Of a stretch of 64,000 nucleotides of DNA, positions 27,696 through 39,631 are shown one piece after another (the first letter of the stretch is position 1; the number at the start of each line of letters is the position of its first letter). The notes under the pieces are model-generated. The model was not told the DNA's origin, did no database searches, and saw only the letters and a program-made list of their open reading frames with translations. Source of the stretch: Desulfobacterales bacterium (GTDB lineage: Bacteria; Desulfobacterota; Desulfobacteria; Desulfobacterales; UBA2174); assembly GCA_963668645.2 (NCBI GenBank), contig CAXXWC010000003.1, positions 128,001 to 192,000 of the forward strand, given 5' to 3'. The position numbers and the translations under genes are program-made.

Positions 27696-27956
27696 ATGAC
27701 CGGTATGAATCGCAGGCAAAAGATGGTCGTCTTGGCCATGGATCTTTTGCTGCTCGTGGAACTCGGTTATAGTATCTACTGCGGCCAGCAACCCGGGGCC
27801 GACCTGACGCTGGTCTTTTTAACCTACTTCGTCCCCTCGCTGATCGTCACGGTGGCCCTGGCGCGCCGTCTCATCCGCCGCTGGCAGGACGATACGGCCG
27901 TATCATTGGCAGACTCCGCCGTGGAAAGGCAAAGGGCGGTTTTGCCCTCGAGCTGA
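27696..27956 (+). CDS. Small two-helix membrane protein
   Basis: Two hydrophobic segments; GGAG RBS; operon position. Confidence 0.6.
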   Translation: MTGMNRRQKMVVLAMDLLLLVELGYSIYCGQQPGADLTLVFLTYFVPSLIVTVALARRLIRRWQDDTAVSLADSAVERQRAVLPSS

Positions 27957-27958
27957 AG

Positions 27959-28804
27959 ATGGAATCCTTACGAACCCGATTGACCCTGCCGGTCCTGATC
28001 ATCCTGCTTTTGGCAATGGGCGATATCCTGATCGATGCGGTCTTCGACCGGGGCCATGTCTTCAAGGTCGTGGCCGGAAGCAAGGCGTTGATCAGCGGCA
28101 AACTGATGGGTTCCATCAAACCGTATACCAACAAAAACGCCATTTTCGGCAACCAGGTCAACGATCCGGCCCTTTTGGACGAAATCCTGGTGACCGATCC
28201 TCCCCACCAGGCCTTTCGCATTCGCTTTCTGGAGCTCAAGGGCCGCGTGTGGCGGGCCGAACTGCTCACCGACAGCGGCGGGGCCCCTGGTGACTATCCG
28301 GTACGCATCTTTCAGCGCAGCCTGGGCCCGGATCCCGACATGCCGGTCCTGCGAGTACAAATTTTTCCCGACCCCGAGTCCCTGCGGGCCAGCCAAAAAT
28401 CGTTGTTCCGCCGCTATCTGGGTATCCCGCCGTGGATCGTGGCAGGGCTTTTGGCCCCTCTGGTGGCCCTGATCCTGTACCTGACTTATCGCGCCTCGGA
28501 CGGCAGCATCAGCGCCTTGCAGGCCCGGGGTATCGGTCCCATCTACAAGATGGCCTACCGCAAAACCGGATGGGAGATTCTCTACGGTCTGGGCACGGCC
28601 CACGGCCTGCGCATCGGCGACCGGCTCGAGCTCATCGATGCACGCCAACGGCCTACGGGCTACCATATCGTGGTCGAACAGGTGGGCGGCGAGTCTGGCG
28701 AGGCGATCCTCGACCCTTCCGTTCCCATGCGGCCCGGATGGCTCGTTGCGCGCTGCGAACCGGTGGATCAAGACAAGATCGATTCCACTTCCCGACCTGG
28801 CTGA
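27959..28804 (+). CDS. Membrane protein of unknown function
   Basis: Two TM segments; starts 2 nt after the previous stop. Confidence 0.7.
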   Translation: MESLRTRLTLPVLIILLLAMGDILIDAVFDRGHVFKVVAGSKALISGKLMGSIKPYTNKNAIFGNQVNDPALLDEILVTDPPHQAFRIRFLELKGRVWRAELLTDSGGAPGDYPVRIFQRSLGPDPDMPVLRVQIFPDPESLRASQKSLFRRYLGIPPWIVAGLLAPLVALILYLTYRASDGSISALQARGIGPIYKMAYRKTGWEILYGLGTAHGLRIGDRLELIDARQRPTGYHIVVEQVGGESGEAILDPSVPMRPGWLVARCEPVDQDKIDSTSRPG

Positions 28805-28807
28805 ACC

Positions 28808-29236
28808 TCAGGCCACCGGTGGCCGCTGGCGGATCCTGGCGTTGCGGATCTTTTCTTCGTGCATCGCCTTTTTGGCACAGGCCTCGCCGACTTTTTGCAT
28901 CAGGTCTTCCAGCTTCACCGGCTTGAGCAGGTACTCGAAAGCGCCCAGCTTCATTCCTTCGACGCTGGTCTCTACCGAAGCGTGACCGGTAAGCAAAATC
29001 ACTTCCACCAGCGGCTGTTGCCGTTTGATCTCGCGCAGGGTCCGGATCCCGTCCATACCTCCGGGCATGCGGATGTCGAGTACCACCACGTCCAAGACCC
29101 GCTGGACAATCATCTCGATCGCCTTCTCACCGCTGGTGACGCCCACAGTGTCAAGGCCGCGACTTTGCATCCGTTTGACAATGGCCTCGGTAAATTCGGC
29201 TTCGTCATCGACCACCAGGATACGGCATCGGGTCAT
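28808..29236 (-). CDS. Single-domain response regulator
   Basis: ILVVDDE, LDIRMPG, LTGH, YLLKP; GAGGAG RBS before ATG 29236. Confidence 0.9.
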   Translation of the reverse strand: MTRCRILVVDDEAEFTEAIVKRMQSRGLDTVGVTSGEKAIEMIVQRVLDVVVLDIRMPGGMDGIRTLREIKRQQPLVEVILLTGHASVETSVEGMKLGAFEYLLKPVKLEDLMQKVGEACAKKAMHEEKIRNARIRQRPPVA

Positions 29237-29561
29237 AAAAGCTCCTCGTCCATCGTTGGACGAATCCGGCATCACCGCCCTCGAAGATCCAAACGGCTTC
29301 TTGCATGCGGCACCTGAGGACGCCGGCGTGGATTCGGATTGTGCTGGGGAGAAATGGACCTTTCGTCCAGCCGTACTTGACAAAGGAAAATCCGTCAAGG
29401 GAAAGGCACCCGCCCCCGGAAAGTCCCGGTGATCCCGAAATGGCTAAAAACAGTTGACAATCCCTTCGGTCCTATTGTCTGCTGAATCCGTCGACGATCC
29501 GCCCTGAACAGCGCACAATTGCGGCACGACCATCTTCCGGCAACATCCCCACGAGGCGCCC

Positions 29562-31900
29562 ATGGACGACAAAATCTTCGCCTTAAAAACAGTCTTTGCC
29601 AGATGCCCCATTTTGCCTTCATTCCTGAAGATGAATTGCGCCAAGTAGCCGAAACGGCACGGGTTCTGGATCTCAAGCCGGGCACCTCTTTCGCCCGCCA
29701 GGGAGAGACCCGCATCGACGATATCCTCGTCATCGCCCGGGGGCAGTTCTCCCTTTTCGATGAACGCGGCGGTGAGCGCCGTTCCATCGGCCACATCAAA
29801 ACCGGCGAGGTTTTCGGCGGCATTACAATCCTGATGAACGCACGCATCTCGCTGCGCACGGTGCAAGTCGAAACCCCGACCCTGGCCTATGCCGTACCGG
29901 CCGACGTTTTTCAGGATTTATGCAACCGCCACGAGGATTTTTACGAGTATTTTCTTAAAAATTTCAGCAAGAATCTTTATGACGAAGCCCTGGCAACCCT
30001 CATCGAAGCCGGCCAAACCAGCAATTTTCTCAGCCGTGTAGCGCCTTTTTCATTTCTAACCGAAGAGGCTCTGGACCAGGTCGCGCAGCAGCTTTCCGTT
30101 GTGCGCTACAATGAAAAGGCCGTCCTTTTCGTCCAGGGCCGCAGTCGCGTCGGCCATCTGTACATCCTCCAGAAAGGTTCTGCCGAACGCTACTTCGAGG
30201 AAGGCGGCCGCAAGACCCTGCGCAGCCTGCTCGGTCCGGCAGACGTGTACGGCGGCATTTCTATGCTGCTCAACGACGGGATCTCGGTGCGCACTCTGAT
30301 GGTCAACGCCGGCACTTTTTTCTACGTACTGCCCAAAAAGCCGTTCCTCGAGATCTGCCAGGCCCAACCGGCGTTTCGCGATTATTTCACCGACACCTTC
30401 GGCCGGCGCATGCTCGACCGCTCTTACGCATCGATCATCGCCCGCACGCTTCAACCCTCGGAGGATTCGATCCAGCTTTTCAACCAGACCGTGGAAACCA
30501 TCTACTCGAAAAAAGCCGCCATCGGCGAAGCCGGAATGTCGATCCGGCAGGCGGCCGAACAGATGCGCCAGGAAAGAACCAGTTCCATCATCATCCCGGC
30601 GGCGGCCGGTCAACCGGCCGGGATCGTTACCGAACGCGACCTGGCGCGCCAGGTGATCGCCGAGGCTGCCGACATCCAGGGACCAGCAGCCGGCATCATG
30701 AGCGCCCCGCTGCAGACCATCCCCATGGACGCCCTGATTTTCGAGGCCCTGATACAGATGATGAAATCGGATATCCGCCACCTGGCGGTGACCGGTGCTG
30801 AAGGGCAGATCGTCGGCATCCTCTCCCACCGTGAAATCATCGCCGCCCAGGGCCAGACCCCTATGTTCATGCTGCGCGAAATCGTCGAAGCCGAAAGCAT
30901 CGCAGAGATCATCGACAAGCACAACCACCTGCCGCGCCTGGTGCGCAACCTGATCACCAACGGGGCCAACGCCCGCAACGTGACCCGTTTCATCACCACC
31001 ATCTCGGATGCGATCCTTAAAAAGATCATGGCCTTTACCGTCAGCGAACTCGGTCCTCCACCGGCGCGCTTCGCTTTCATGGTGCTGGGCAGCGAGGGGC
31101 GCAACGAGCAGACCCTGAAGACCGACCAGGACAACGCCATCGTCTTCGAAGACGTGCCTGGCGAGAAGGCCGCGGCGGCGGCCGAATATTTCCTGCGCTT
31201 CGGGCAGCGGGCCTGCACGTTGCTCAACGAATCCGGCTACGATTTTTGCACTGGGGACGTGATGGCCCAGAATCCACGCTGGTGCCAGCCGTTGAGCCAG
31301 TGGCAGCGCTACTTCGACAACTGGATCCATGCCGGCGAAGCCGAGGATCTGCTCCAGGCGAGCATTTTTTTCGATTTTCGCCTCGGCTACGGTGATGCGA
31401 AGTTGATCGGCGCCCTGCGGAGTCATCTGATGGCATCCTTGCAGGGCTGGGCCGGCTTTTTCCGCCACCTGACCGAAAACGCGCTCAACTTCAAGCCGCC
31501 CCTGGGCTTTTTCGGCAATTTCGTCGTGGCCTCCAAAGGCGAGCACCGCAACGCCTTCGACCTGAAACAGGCCATCATGCCCATCACGGATTTTGCCCGC
31601 ATCTATGCCCTGAACAAGGGCATCGAGGCCACCAACACCATGGAACGCCTCTCCCAACTGCGCCTGATGCACGTGCTCTCCCAGTCCGAGCACGAGGAAC
31701 TCGAAAAGGCGTACGATTTTTTGATGCAGCTGCGCTTCGTACGGCAGGTCACCGCCGTGATCGACGAGCAGGGCAAACCGGACAACTACGTCAATCCCAA
31801 AAGACTCACCAGTATCGAACAGACCACACTCAAGGAAATCTTCAAGCGCGTCGAAAAGTTTCAGGCTAAGATGAACTTCGATTATATCGGCATCGCCTGA
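29562..31900 (+). CDS. 2x cNMP-binding + CBS pair + DUF294 nucleotidyltransferase-like protein; probable 1-nt frameshift near the 5' end
   Basis: GEVFGG and DVYGG cNMP motifs, GIVTERDL CBS, GSEGRNEQTLKTDQDNA, IFFDFR; the best-RBS ATG (29562) is out of frame with the main ORF until the A5 run at 29585-29589; in-frame alternative ATG at 29603. Confidence 0.85.
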
Positions 31901-32163
31901 GACCAATCCCACCCGCCACGCCATCCAAACAAGGCCCGGTCCGGGGCCAAACCGCTTGAGCCGCTCGTGCAAAGGCCTCTTCGGCCCCGTTGCGGGAAAT
32001 ACGCCCGGCTCTGAATCCGCATCCCGTGGGCTGCGACAATCCGGAGCTTAAAATTGACAAAAATAAGTTGAAGCAGCTTTATGATTTGAAACGTCGTAAA
32101 CTCGGTGCTATACCGGTCAGCAGGTTTTTTGCATTTTTTCAGGATCGTCGAGGAGACTCTGCC

Positions 32164-33324
32164 ATGTCCAGCCGCAATCCTTCGCTTTTCACCGTCCTGT
32201 TTTTCTGCTTGGCGCTGTTTTTGCCGGCCGCCCTATCAGGCCCTGCGCGGGCCGCGCAAAAGGGCGCCGCCATGCCCCCGCCTCTGGTGACCGTGGCGCC
32301 GGTGACCGAAGCCGAGGTCAACCCGCCGGTGGAATATGTCGCGCGGGTCGAGGCCCTGCGGGCGGTAGACCTGCGCGCGCGGGTCGAGGGGGAACTGGAG
32401 AAGGTGCGCTTCGAAGAGGGGGCCACCGTCAAGGCCGGCGATCTGCTCTACGTCATCGAGCAGGCCACCTACCGGGCCGAGGCGGACGCGGCCCGGGCCA
32501 GGGCGGCCCAGGCCCGGGCCACCCTGGACAAGGCCGAAAAATACGTCAAACGCCTGGAATCGGTGCGCTCTGGAGGGGTTTCGGCTACCGACCTGGAAAC
32601 CGCCCAGAGCGATGTGGCCCAAAGCCGTGCAGCCTTTCAGGCGGCCGAGGCCGACCTGGTCCAAAGCGAGATCAACCTGGGCTATACCACCATCGCGGCC
32701 CCCATCGCAGGGCGCATCGGCAAGAACGTCTACAGCCGGGGCAACCTCGTCGGCCCGGATAGCGGCGCTTTGGCGCGCATCGTCCAGGTCGATCCGATCC
32801 GGGTCGTCTTTTCCGTAAGCGAAAACGATCTTCCCGCCATGATCCGCAAGCGCCGCAGCATGAGCGAGGAGGAGCTGGCCCTAAGTGGAGTGATCCGCCT
32901 GCGCCTGCCCGACGGCACGGCTTATCCAAAGATCGGCCGGCCCGATTTTATGGACAACGAAGTCGATCCGGCCACCGGCACCATCGCCCTGCGGGCGCGC
33001 TTCGACAATCCGGAAGGGTTGCTGGTCCCCGGCCAGTACGTCACGATCCTGATCAGCCTCAGCGCCCCGCTACGCCTGCCGGTGGTCCCCCAGGCCGCCG
33101 TACTCGAAGACCGGGAAGGACGCTACGTCTTTGTGGTGGCCGACGACGGGCGGGCCGTCAAACGGCGCATCGAAACGGGCGATCCCCTCGGAACGGTCTG
33201 GGCGGTGAAACAGGGGCTGACCGTTGGCGAAACCATCGTGGTCGAAGGGGTGCAAAAGGTGCGTCCGGGCCAGCCGATCCAGCCCCAGTCCGCCGGGCAG
33301 ACCGCTAAAGGAGCCCAGCGATGA
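32164..33324 (+). CDS. RND efflux periplasmic adaptor (MFP)
   Basis: Signal/anchor, [38 protein letters not shown]. Confidence 0.92.
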   Translation: MSSRNPSLFTVLFFCLALFLPAALSGPARAAQKGAAMPPPLVTVAPVTEAEVNPPVEYVARVEALRAVDLRARVEGELEKVRFEEGATVKAGDLLYVIEQATYRAEADAARARAAQARATLDKAEKYVKRLESVRSGGVSATDLETAQSDVAQSRAAFQAAEADLVQSEINLGYTTIAAPIAGRIGKNVYSRGNLVGPDSGALARIVQVDPIRVVFSVSENDLPAMIRKRRSMSEEELALSGVIRLRLPDGTAYPKIGRPDFMDNEVDPATGTIALRARFDNPEGLLVPGQYVTILISLSAPLRLPVVPQAAVLEDREGRYVFVVADDGRAVKRRIETGDPLGTVWAVKQGLTVGETIVVEGVQKVRPGQPIQPQSAGQTAKGAQR

Positions 33325-36300
33325 TCTCCCGGGTCTTCATCGTCCGCCCGCGCCTGGCCATGGTGATCTCCCTGGTGGTGGTGCTGGCCGGCCTGCTCGC
33401 CCTGCTCAACATCCCCGTGGCCCAGTATCCGGACCGCATCGCGCCGCCCGACATCCGGGTCTCGGCGGTCTACCCCGGGGCCAGCGCCCGGGAAGTGGCC
33501 GCCACGGTGGCCGCCCCCATCGAGGCCGAGGTCAACGGGGTCGAAGACATGCTCTACATGTCCTCGACCTGCAACAACAACGGCGGCTACGATCTTTCGG
33601 TGACTTTCGCCGTCGGCACCGACCCGGACATGGCCCAGGTCAATGTGATGAACCGGATCCAGCAAGCCCAGGCCAAGCTTCCCACGGCGGTGGTGTCCCA
33701 GGGGCTCAGCGTGCGCCAGCGCTCGACGGATATCCTTGGGCTGGTGACCTACTATTCGCCTGAAGGTACCCGCAACCGGCTCTTTTTGAGCAACTGGGTC
33801 ACCATCAACATCCGCGACGCCCTGCTGCGGGTCGAAGGGGTCAGCGAGGTGATCGTCTTCGGGTCGATGGAATACGCCATGCGCATCTGGCTGGATGCCG
33901 AGCGTCTGGCGGCCCTGGCCATGACCCCCGACGACGTCGTCGCCGCAATCCAGTCCCAGAACATCCAGGCCGCGGCCGGCTCCATCGGCACGGCGCCGGC
34001 CGGCGACGACCAGCAGTTGCAGTACATCCTCCAGGCCAAAGGACGCCTGGACAGCCCGCAGGAGTTCGAGGCCATCGTGGTGCGCACCAATGCCGACGGA
34101 GGGGTGGTGCGGCTGCGCGACGTGGCCCGGGTCGAACTGGGCGGCAAGAGCTACGCGGCCGACAGCACCCTCAACGGCCGGCCTTCGGTGCAGATCGGGA
34201 TCTATCAGAAGCCCGGGGCCAACGCGCTGGACACCGTACGGCGCGTCGATCTGGAGCTCGACCGGCTCGCCGCGCGCATGCCGGCCGACGTGGCCTACGA
34301 GCTGACCTACGACTCGACCCGTTTCGTGGCTTCGGCCATCGAGGAAATCGTCTTCACCCTGGGGTTGACCTTCCTGCTGGTGGTGGGGGTCACCTTCTTG
34401 TTTCTCCAGGACTGGCGCGCCACCCTGATTCCGAGCCTGACCATCCCGGTATCGCTCATCGGCACCTTCGCCGTGCTCTTTGCCCTGGACTATACGGCCA
34501 ACACCATCACCCTGTTCGCCCTGATTCTAGCCATCGGCCTGGTGGTGGATGATGCCATCGTGGTGGTGGAAAACGTTCAACGGGTCATCGAGGAGGAGCA
34601 CCTGGACGCGCGCAGCGCCACCATCCGTTCCATGGAGCAGGTCACCGGCCCCATCGTGGCCATGTCCCTGGTGCTGCTCTCGGTCTTTGTGCCGGTGGGG
34701 TTTTTGCCCGGGATCACCGGCCAGCTTTACCGGCAGTTTTCCGTCACCATCTGCGTGGCGGTTCTGCTCTCGGCGGTCAACGCCCTGAGCCTGAGCCCGG
34801 CGTTGTGCAGCATCCTGCTGGGCCGGCCGCGCATTGTGCGCCGCGGCCCCCTGGCCTGGTTTCGCCGGGCCCTGAACGCATCGCGCAACGTCTACGTACG
34901 CTCGGCTGCCTGGCTGGTTCGCCGCACCCTGGTGGCCGGCCTGATCCTGGTGCTGGTGTGCGCTGCCACCGTCCAGCTGTTCAGGACCCGCCCGACCAGC
35001 CTGCTGCCCAACGAGGACCGAGGGGTCCTGATCATTGATATCCAACTGCCCGATGCGGCCGCATTCGGCCGCACGCGCCAGGTGATGGCCCAGCTCAGCC
35101 AGCGCGTGGGGAGCATCCAGGAGATCGATTACATCATCGCCGTGATGGGCTACAGCCTGATCAGCGGTCCGGGTGAAAACGTCGGTTTCGCCTTCGCCGG
35201 GCTGCGCCCCTGGGCCGAGCGCACCGGCCGTGACCAGCAGATCGGGGCCGTACTCGACCGGATCCGGCGTGAAGCCGCCGCGATTCCCGGCGCCCGCATC
35301 AACGCCTTCACCCCGCCGGCCATCTCGGGGCTGGGGGCCTCGGGCGGCTTCGACTTCCGGCTCCAGGCCCTGGCCGGCCAGTCCCCCCGGGAGCTGGCAG
35401 CAGCCCTCAAGGCACTGGTGGTCGAGGCCAACCAGGATCCCAATATCGCCGCGGCCTTTTCCACCTATTCGGCCGACAGCCCCCAGATCTTCGTAGACCT
35501 GGACCGCACCAAGGCCGAGCTTCTCAAGGTGCCGGTCAGCCGGGTTTTCGCTACCTTGCAAAACTACCTCGGCGCCCGCTACGTCAACGACATCAACCTT
35601 TACAGCCGCATCTTCCAAGTGCGTATCCAGGCCGACGCCCCCTTCCGCGATACCGCCGGCGATATCCGCAGGCTCTACGTGCGCAGCGACACCGGGGCCA
35701 TGGTGCCGTTGTCCAGTCTGGTAACGCTGCACAGCATCCTCGGCCCCCAGACCATCAGCCGCCACAACCAGTTCGACGCGGCCACGGTCTTCGGATCGGC
35801 CCGCCCCGGGGTCAGCTCGGGCGACGCGATGAGCGCCATGGCGCGTCTGGCCGCCGGGACCCTGCCCCAAGGCTACGGCTTTGAATGGGCCGGTCTAAGC
35901 TATCAGGAGCAGGCCAGCGGTGGCCAGGGCCCGATTTTGATCATGCTGGCCCTGGTCTTTGCCTACCTTTTCCTGGTGGCCCAGTATGAGAGCTGGACCA
36001 TTCCGCTGCCGGTGATCCTCTCCATCTCGGTGGCGGCCCTGGGCGCCCTGGCCGGGCTCTGGGTGGCGGGCCTGACCATGAGCATCTATGCCCAGATCGG
36101 CCTGGTCCTGCTGGTGGGCCTGGCGAGCAAAAACGCGATTTTGATCGTCGAGTTCGCCCGCGAGCAGCGCCGGGCCGGATACTCGATCCCCGAAGCGGCC
36201 GCCGCCGGCGCACGCATCCGCTTCCGGGCCGTGCTGATGACTGCCTTTTCGCTGATCATCGGCGTTTCGCCCATGGTGGTCGCCACCGGGGCCGGCGCGG

Positions 36301-36476
36301 CCAGCCGGCGCGCCATCGGCACCCCGGTGTTCGCCGGGATGCTGGCGGCCACCTTGCTGGGCATCTTCCTGATCCCGGCGCTCTTTGCCGCTTTCCAGGC
36401 CTGGCGCGAAAGGGCCGGCACCTGGCGCCGGCGGGTGTTCAAGCTGGGGTCAGACGACGAGCCGTCCCGGCGCTGA
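33321..36476 (+). CDS. RND efflux permease (HAE1/AcrB family)
   Basis: 1051 aa; [47 protein letters not shown] overlap with the MFP gene. Confidence 0.95.
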   Translation: MISRVFIVRPRLAMVISLVVVLAGLLALLNIPVAQYPDRIAPPDIRVSAVYPGASAREVAATVAAPIEAEVNGVEDMLYMSSTCNNNGGYDLSVTFAVGTDPDMAQVNVMNRIQQAQAKLPTAVVSQGLSVRQRSTDILGLVTYYSPEGTRNRLFLSNWVTINIRDALLRVEGVSEVIVFGSMEYAMRIWLDAERLAALAMTPDDVVAAIQSQNIQAAAGSIGTAPAGDDQQLQYILQAKGRLDSPQEFEAIVVRTNADGGVVRLRDVARVELGGKSYAADSTLNGRPSVQIGIYQKPGANALDTVRRVDLELDRLAARMPADVAYELTYDSTRFVASAIEEIVFTLGLTFLLVVGVTFLFLQDWRATLIPSLTIPVSLIGTFAVLFALDYTANTITLFALILAIGLVVDDAIVVVENVQRVIEEEHLDARSATIRSMEQVTGPIVAMSLVLLSVFVPVGFLPGITGQLYRQFSVTICVAVLLSAVNALSLSPALCSILLGRPRIVRRGPLAWFRRALNASRNVYVRSAAWLVRRTLVAGLILVLVCAATVQLFRTRPTSLLPNEDRGVLIIDIQLPDAAAFGRTRQVMAQLSQRVGSIQEIDYIIAVMGYSLISGPGENVGFAFAGLRPWAERTGRDQQIGAVLDRIRREAAAIPGARINAFTPPAISGLGASGGFDFRLQALAGQSPRELAAALKALVVEANQDPNIAAAFSTYSADSPQIFVDLDRTKAELLKVPVSRVFATLQNYLGARYVNDINLYSRIFQVRIQADAPFRDTAGDIRRLYVRSDTGAMVPLSSLVTLHSILGPQTISRHNQFDAATVFGSARPGVSSGDAMSAMARLAAGTLPQGYGFEWAGLSYQEQASGGQGPILIMLALVFAYLFLVAQYESWTIPLPVILSISVAALGALAGLWVAGLTMSIYAQIGLVLLVGLASKNAILIVEFAREQRRAGYSIPEAAAAGARIRFRAVLMTAFSLIIGVSPMVVATGAGAASRRAIGTPVFAGMLAATLLGIFLIPALFAAFQAWRERAGTWRRRVFKLGSDDEPSRR

Positions 36477-36641
36477 GCCGAAAAGGACAGGACGGCTCAC
36501 CCGCTCTGCCCGGCGCCAGGCCCTCGACGGGTTTGTAACCGTCCGGGGCCGGCGCACGACTGAAGAATGAACATCAAAAAATCTGAACGCCGATACGATC
36601 GGCCTTACGGCAATGCCGCCCCATAAAAGAGGCCATTTCCC

Positions 36642-38060
36642 ATGAAACGCCTTGTATGCCTTAAATCATTTTCCGCCGCTGCGGCCTTTTTCCTGCTGGG
36701 CGCCTGCGCCGCCGTGGGACCGGACTACCAGCCTCCGGCCCTTCCTGCGCCGGAGGCCTGGAATACCTCGCTGGAGGACGGCCTGCAGGCCGAGGCGGTT
36801 GCCGCCTCCCAGCTGGCGGTCTGGTGGCGCAACTTCGAGGATCCTGTGCTGGACGAACTGGTAGGCAAGGCCCTGACCGGCAGCCTCGATCTGGCCCAGG
36901 CCAAAGCGCGCGTACGCGAGGCGCGTGCCCGGCGCGGCCTGAGCCAGACCGACCGCTATCCGACTCTCGATGCCGGCGCTGCGGCCAAACGCAGCCAGAG
37001 CAGCGGCGGCGGCCAGGCCCGCAACCTGTACAGCGCTGCCTTCGACGCCGGATGGGAAATCGACGTTTTCGGCGGGGTGCGCCGCGGCATCCAGGCGGCC
37101 CAAAGCGATCTGGAAGCGGCCGAGGCCGGGCTGGACAGCGTTCTGGTATCCTTGACCGCGGAAATCGGAAGCAACTACATCGAGGCGCGCACCTACCAAA
37201 CCCGCCTGGCGGTGGCCGCCGCCAACCTCGATGCCCAGCAGCAGACCTTCGAGTTAATCCGCTCGCGCTATGAAGCCGGATTGAGCGACGAGCTGGCCCT
37301 GCAGCAGGCACGCTACAATCTCGAAGCGTCCCGCAGCCAGATCCCGTCCCTGCGTAGCGGCCTGGCTGCGGCGCGCAACCGCCTGGCTGTGCTGATCGGC
37401 GAATCGCCCGGCGCGGTGGATCGGCTCATGGCCGAAAAACGGCCCGTACCCTCCACCCCGCCCACCGTGGCAGTGGGCATCCCGGCCGAGGCCCTGCGCC
37501 GCCGGCCGGACATTCGCCAGGCCGAACGGCAAATCGCGGCCCAGACCGCCCGCATCGGGATGGCCGAAGCCGAACTTTACCCCAAGTTCCGGCTGGCGGG
37601 CAGCATCGGCCTGGAAGCCTTCAACACCAACGATCTTTTCGAATGGGCCAGCCGCACCTGGAGCGTCGGCCCGGGCATTTCCTGGAAGGTTTTCGATGCC
37701 GGCGCCGTCAAGCGCAACATCGAAATCCAGACCGCGGTCCAGGAGCAGACCCTGGCCGCCTGGGAGGCGACGGTGCTGGGGGCGCTGGAGGAAGTGGAAA
37801 ACGCCCTGTCCACCTACGCCCAGGAACAGGTGCGCCGCGACCATCTGGCCGCGGCGGTGGATGCGGCCCGCCAGGCTGAAGTCCTCGCCAGTCAAAAGTA
37901 CCAGGCCGGCCTGGTGGATTTTTCCAGCGTCCTGGACGCCCAGCGGTCCCTGCTGAGCTACCAGGACCAGTTGGCCACCAGCCAGGGAACGGTCACCGCG
38001 AATCTGATCAAGCTCTACAAGGCCCTGGGTGGAGGATGGCAGGCCGCACCACCGGCCTGA
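36642..38060 (+). CDS. Outer-membrane efflux lipoprotein (NodT/OprM family)
   Basis: Lipobox LGAC followed by VGPDY, WEIDVFG, RRPDIRQAE, LYKALGGGW. Confidence 0.93.
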   Translation: MKRLVCLKSFSAAAAFFLLGACAAVGPDYQPPALPAPEAWNTSLEDGLQAEAVAASQLAVWWRNFEDPVLDELVGKALTGSLDLAQAKARVREARARRGLSQTDRYPTLDAGAAAKRSQSSGGGQARNLYSAAFDAGWEIDVFGGVRRGIQAAQSDLEAAEAGLDSVLVSLTAEIGSNYIEARTYQTRLAVAAANLDAQQQTFELIRSRYEAGLSDELALQQARYNLEASRSQIPSLRSGLAAARNRLAVLIGESPGAVDRLMAEKRPVPSTPPTVAVGIPAEALRRRPDIRQAERQIAAQTARIGMAEAELYPKFRLAGSIGLEAFNTNDLFEWASRTWSVGPGISWKVFDAGAVKRNIEIQTAVQEQTLAAWEATVLGALEEVENALSTYAQEQVRRDHLAAAVDAARQAEVLASQKYQAGLVDFSSVLDAQRSLLSYQDQLATSQGTVTANLIKLYKALGGGWQAAPPA

Positions 38061-38368
38061 TGCCTGCCGCCTCGCAGGGGATATCGCGGCGGAACCTCAT
38101 CCAGACCGCCCAAGCCGCGATCAGCCGGCCGTCTGGTCGCCCCCCAGGACGATGCACCGCCGCCTTGGCCGTGGCGGATCGGTTCCAGCCCTCTTCCTTC
38201 CCTCCGGAATAAGCCCGGCCGGCAAACCGCCTGTGGCGATTGCCTTGGAAACAGTGTACTATTGCCTACTAAGTAGAAATCCAAACAGTGAACGATAACG
38301 CCCTTGATTCCCGATGCCGATCGGTGTGCACCGCCCGGCTTCATTTAAGCACGGACGGACGACCATCC

Positions 38369-39553
38369 ATGCCTACGAAACGAATCTTTCCCTTGCTCGT
38401 CCTATTGGCGGCCTTCCCGCCGCTTTCCACCGACATGTACCTGCCGGCCATGCCGACCTTGCAGCGCATCTGGCACCAGCCCGTGACCATGGTCAACCTG
38501 ACCTTGATCGTTTTCTTCGTGGCGTTCTGTTTCGCGCTGCTCTTCTATGGACCGGTATCGGACCGCTATGGCCGCCGGCCGCCGCTTCTGGCCGGCGTGA
38601 GCCTTTATGTCGCGGCCAGCATTGCCTGTGCCGCAGCCCCGGGGGTGGAATGGATGATCGGCGCCAGGGTGCTGCAAGCCCTGGGCGGGGCCAGCGCCGC
38701 GGCCCTGTCCATGGCCGTTACCAAAGACATCTATGACGGCCTCAAGCGCGCCCGAATCATCGCCCATATTGCGGTGGTTCTGGCCCTGGCCCCTATGCTG
38801 GCACCAATGATCGGCGGCTGGCTGCTCTCATGGACGTCCTGGCGGGGGATCTTCCTGGTCCAGGCCGCCATGGGGCTGACCGCCATGATCGGCGTCTGGC
38901 GCATGCCCGAAACCCTGCCGGTGGCAGCGGCAGCAGGGGTGGGAAAGGTGGCGGCCGGCTATCTGCGGCTTTTTAAAAACCGCCGCTTCAGCAGCATCAC
39001 CTTTTCCACCTCGCTGTTGGCGCTGCCGGCCTTCGCCTTTATCGCCGGCTCGGCGGACATCTACATCAACCACTTCGGGTTGACGCCCCAAAAATTCAGC
39101 TATTTTTTCGGCTTCAACGCCACCGGCCTGATGCTCGGCCCCCTGGCCTTCACGCGCCTGTGCCGGAAAATGCCCACCGCACGGTTGATCACCATCGGCT
39201 ACGCCGGCATCTGTCTCGGCGGGCTGTTGATGCTGATCGACCCCGGCGCCGGCGGCCCCTGGCACTTGGCCCTTTGCAACTGGGCCATGGCCTTTTCCTT
39301 CGGTTTGTGCCGCCCGCCGGTCAACAACCTGGCCCTTGAGCAGGTCCACCAGGACGCCGGGGCCGCCTCCTCGCTGCTCGTTTTCACCTACATGTTGGTG
39401 GGTGCGGCCGGGATGGGGCTGATCTCTTTGGACTGGAGCGACAAGGTCGCCTTGCTCGGATGGTTGGGCCTGCTGGCCGGTGGGGCGAACTTTTTTTTCT
39501 GGTTGCGCTTTAAAGACTGCTTCCGCCCGCGCCGCCCCCTGCCGGGGCCGTGA
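38369..39553 (+). CDS. Bcr/CflA-family MFS drug efflux transporter
   Basis: PLSTDMYLPAMP, GPVSDRYGRRP, APMIGG, WRGIF, MPET. Confidence 0.9.
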   Translation: MPTKRIFPLLVLLAAFPPLSTDMYLPAMPTLQRIWHQPVTMVNLTLIVFFVAFCFALLFYGPVSDRYGRRPPLLAGVSLYVAASIACAAAPGVEWMIGARVLQALGGASAAALSMAVTKDIYDGLKRARIIAHIAVVLALAPMLAPMIGGWLLSWTSWRGIFLVQAAMGLTAMIGVWRMPETLPVAAAAGVGKVAAGYLRLFKNRRFSSITFSTSLLALPAFAFIAGSADIYINHFGLTPQKFSYFFGFNATGLMLGPLAFTRLCRKMPTARLITIGYAGICLGGLLMLIDPGAGGPWHLALCNWAMAFSFGLCRPPVNNLALEQVHQDAGAASSLLVFTYMLVGAAGMGLISLDWSDKVALLGWLGLLAGGANFFFWLRFKDCFRPRRPLPGP

Positions 39554-39631
39554 TTTTGAAAACGCACGCCGCAGCCTCCTTCCTTCTCATGCCCGGGGCC
39601 GTGGGGGCCAGATGCCAGAAGCGGGATCCGG

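Noticed and set aside
32054..32085. TTGACA...TATGAT promoter candidate for the RND operon
   Set aside because: Spacer is 20 nt, too long for a confident sigma-70 call.
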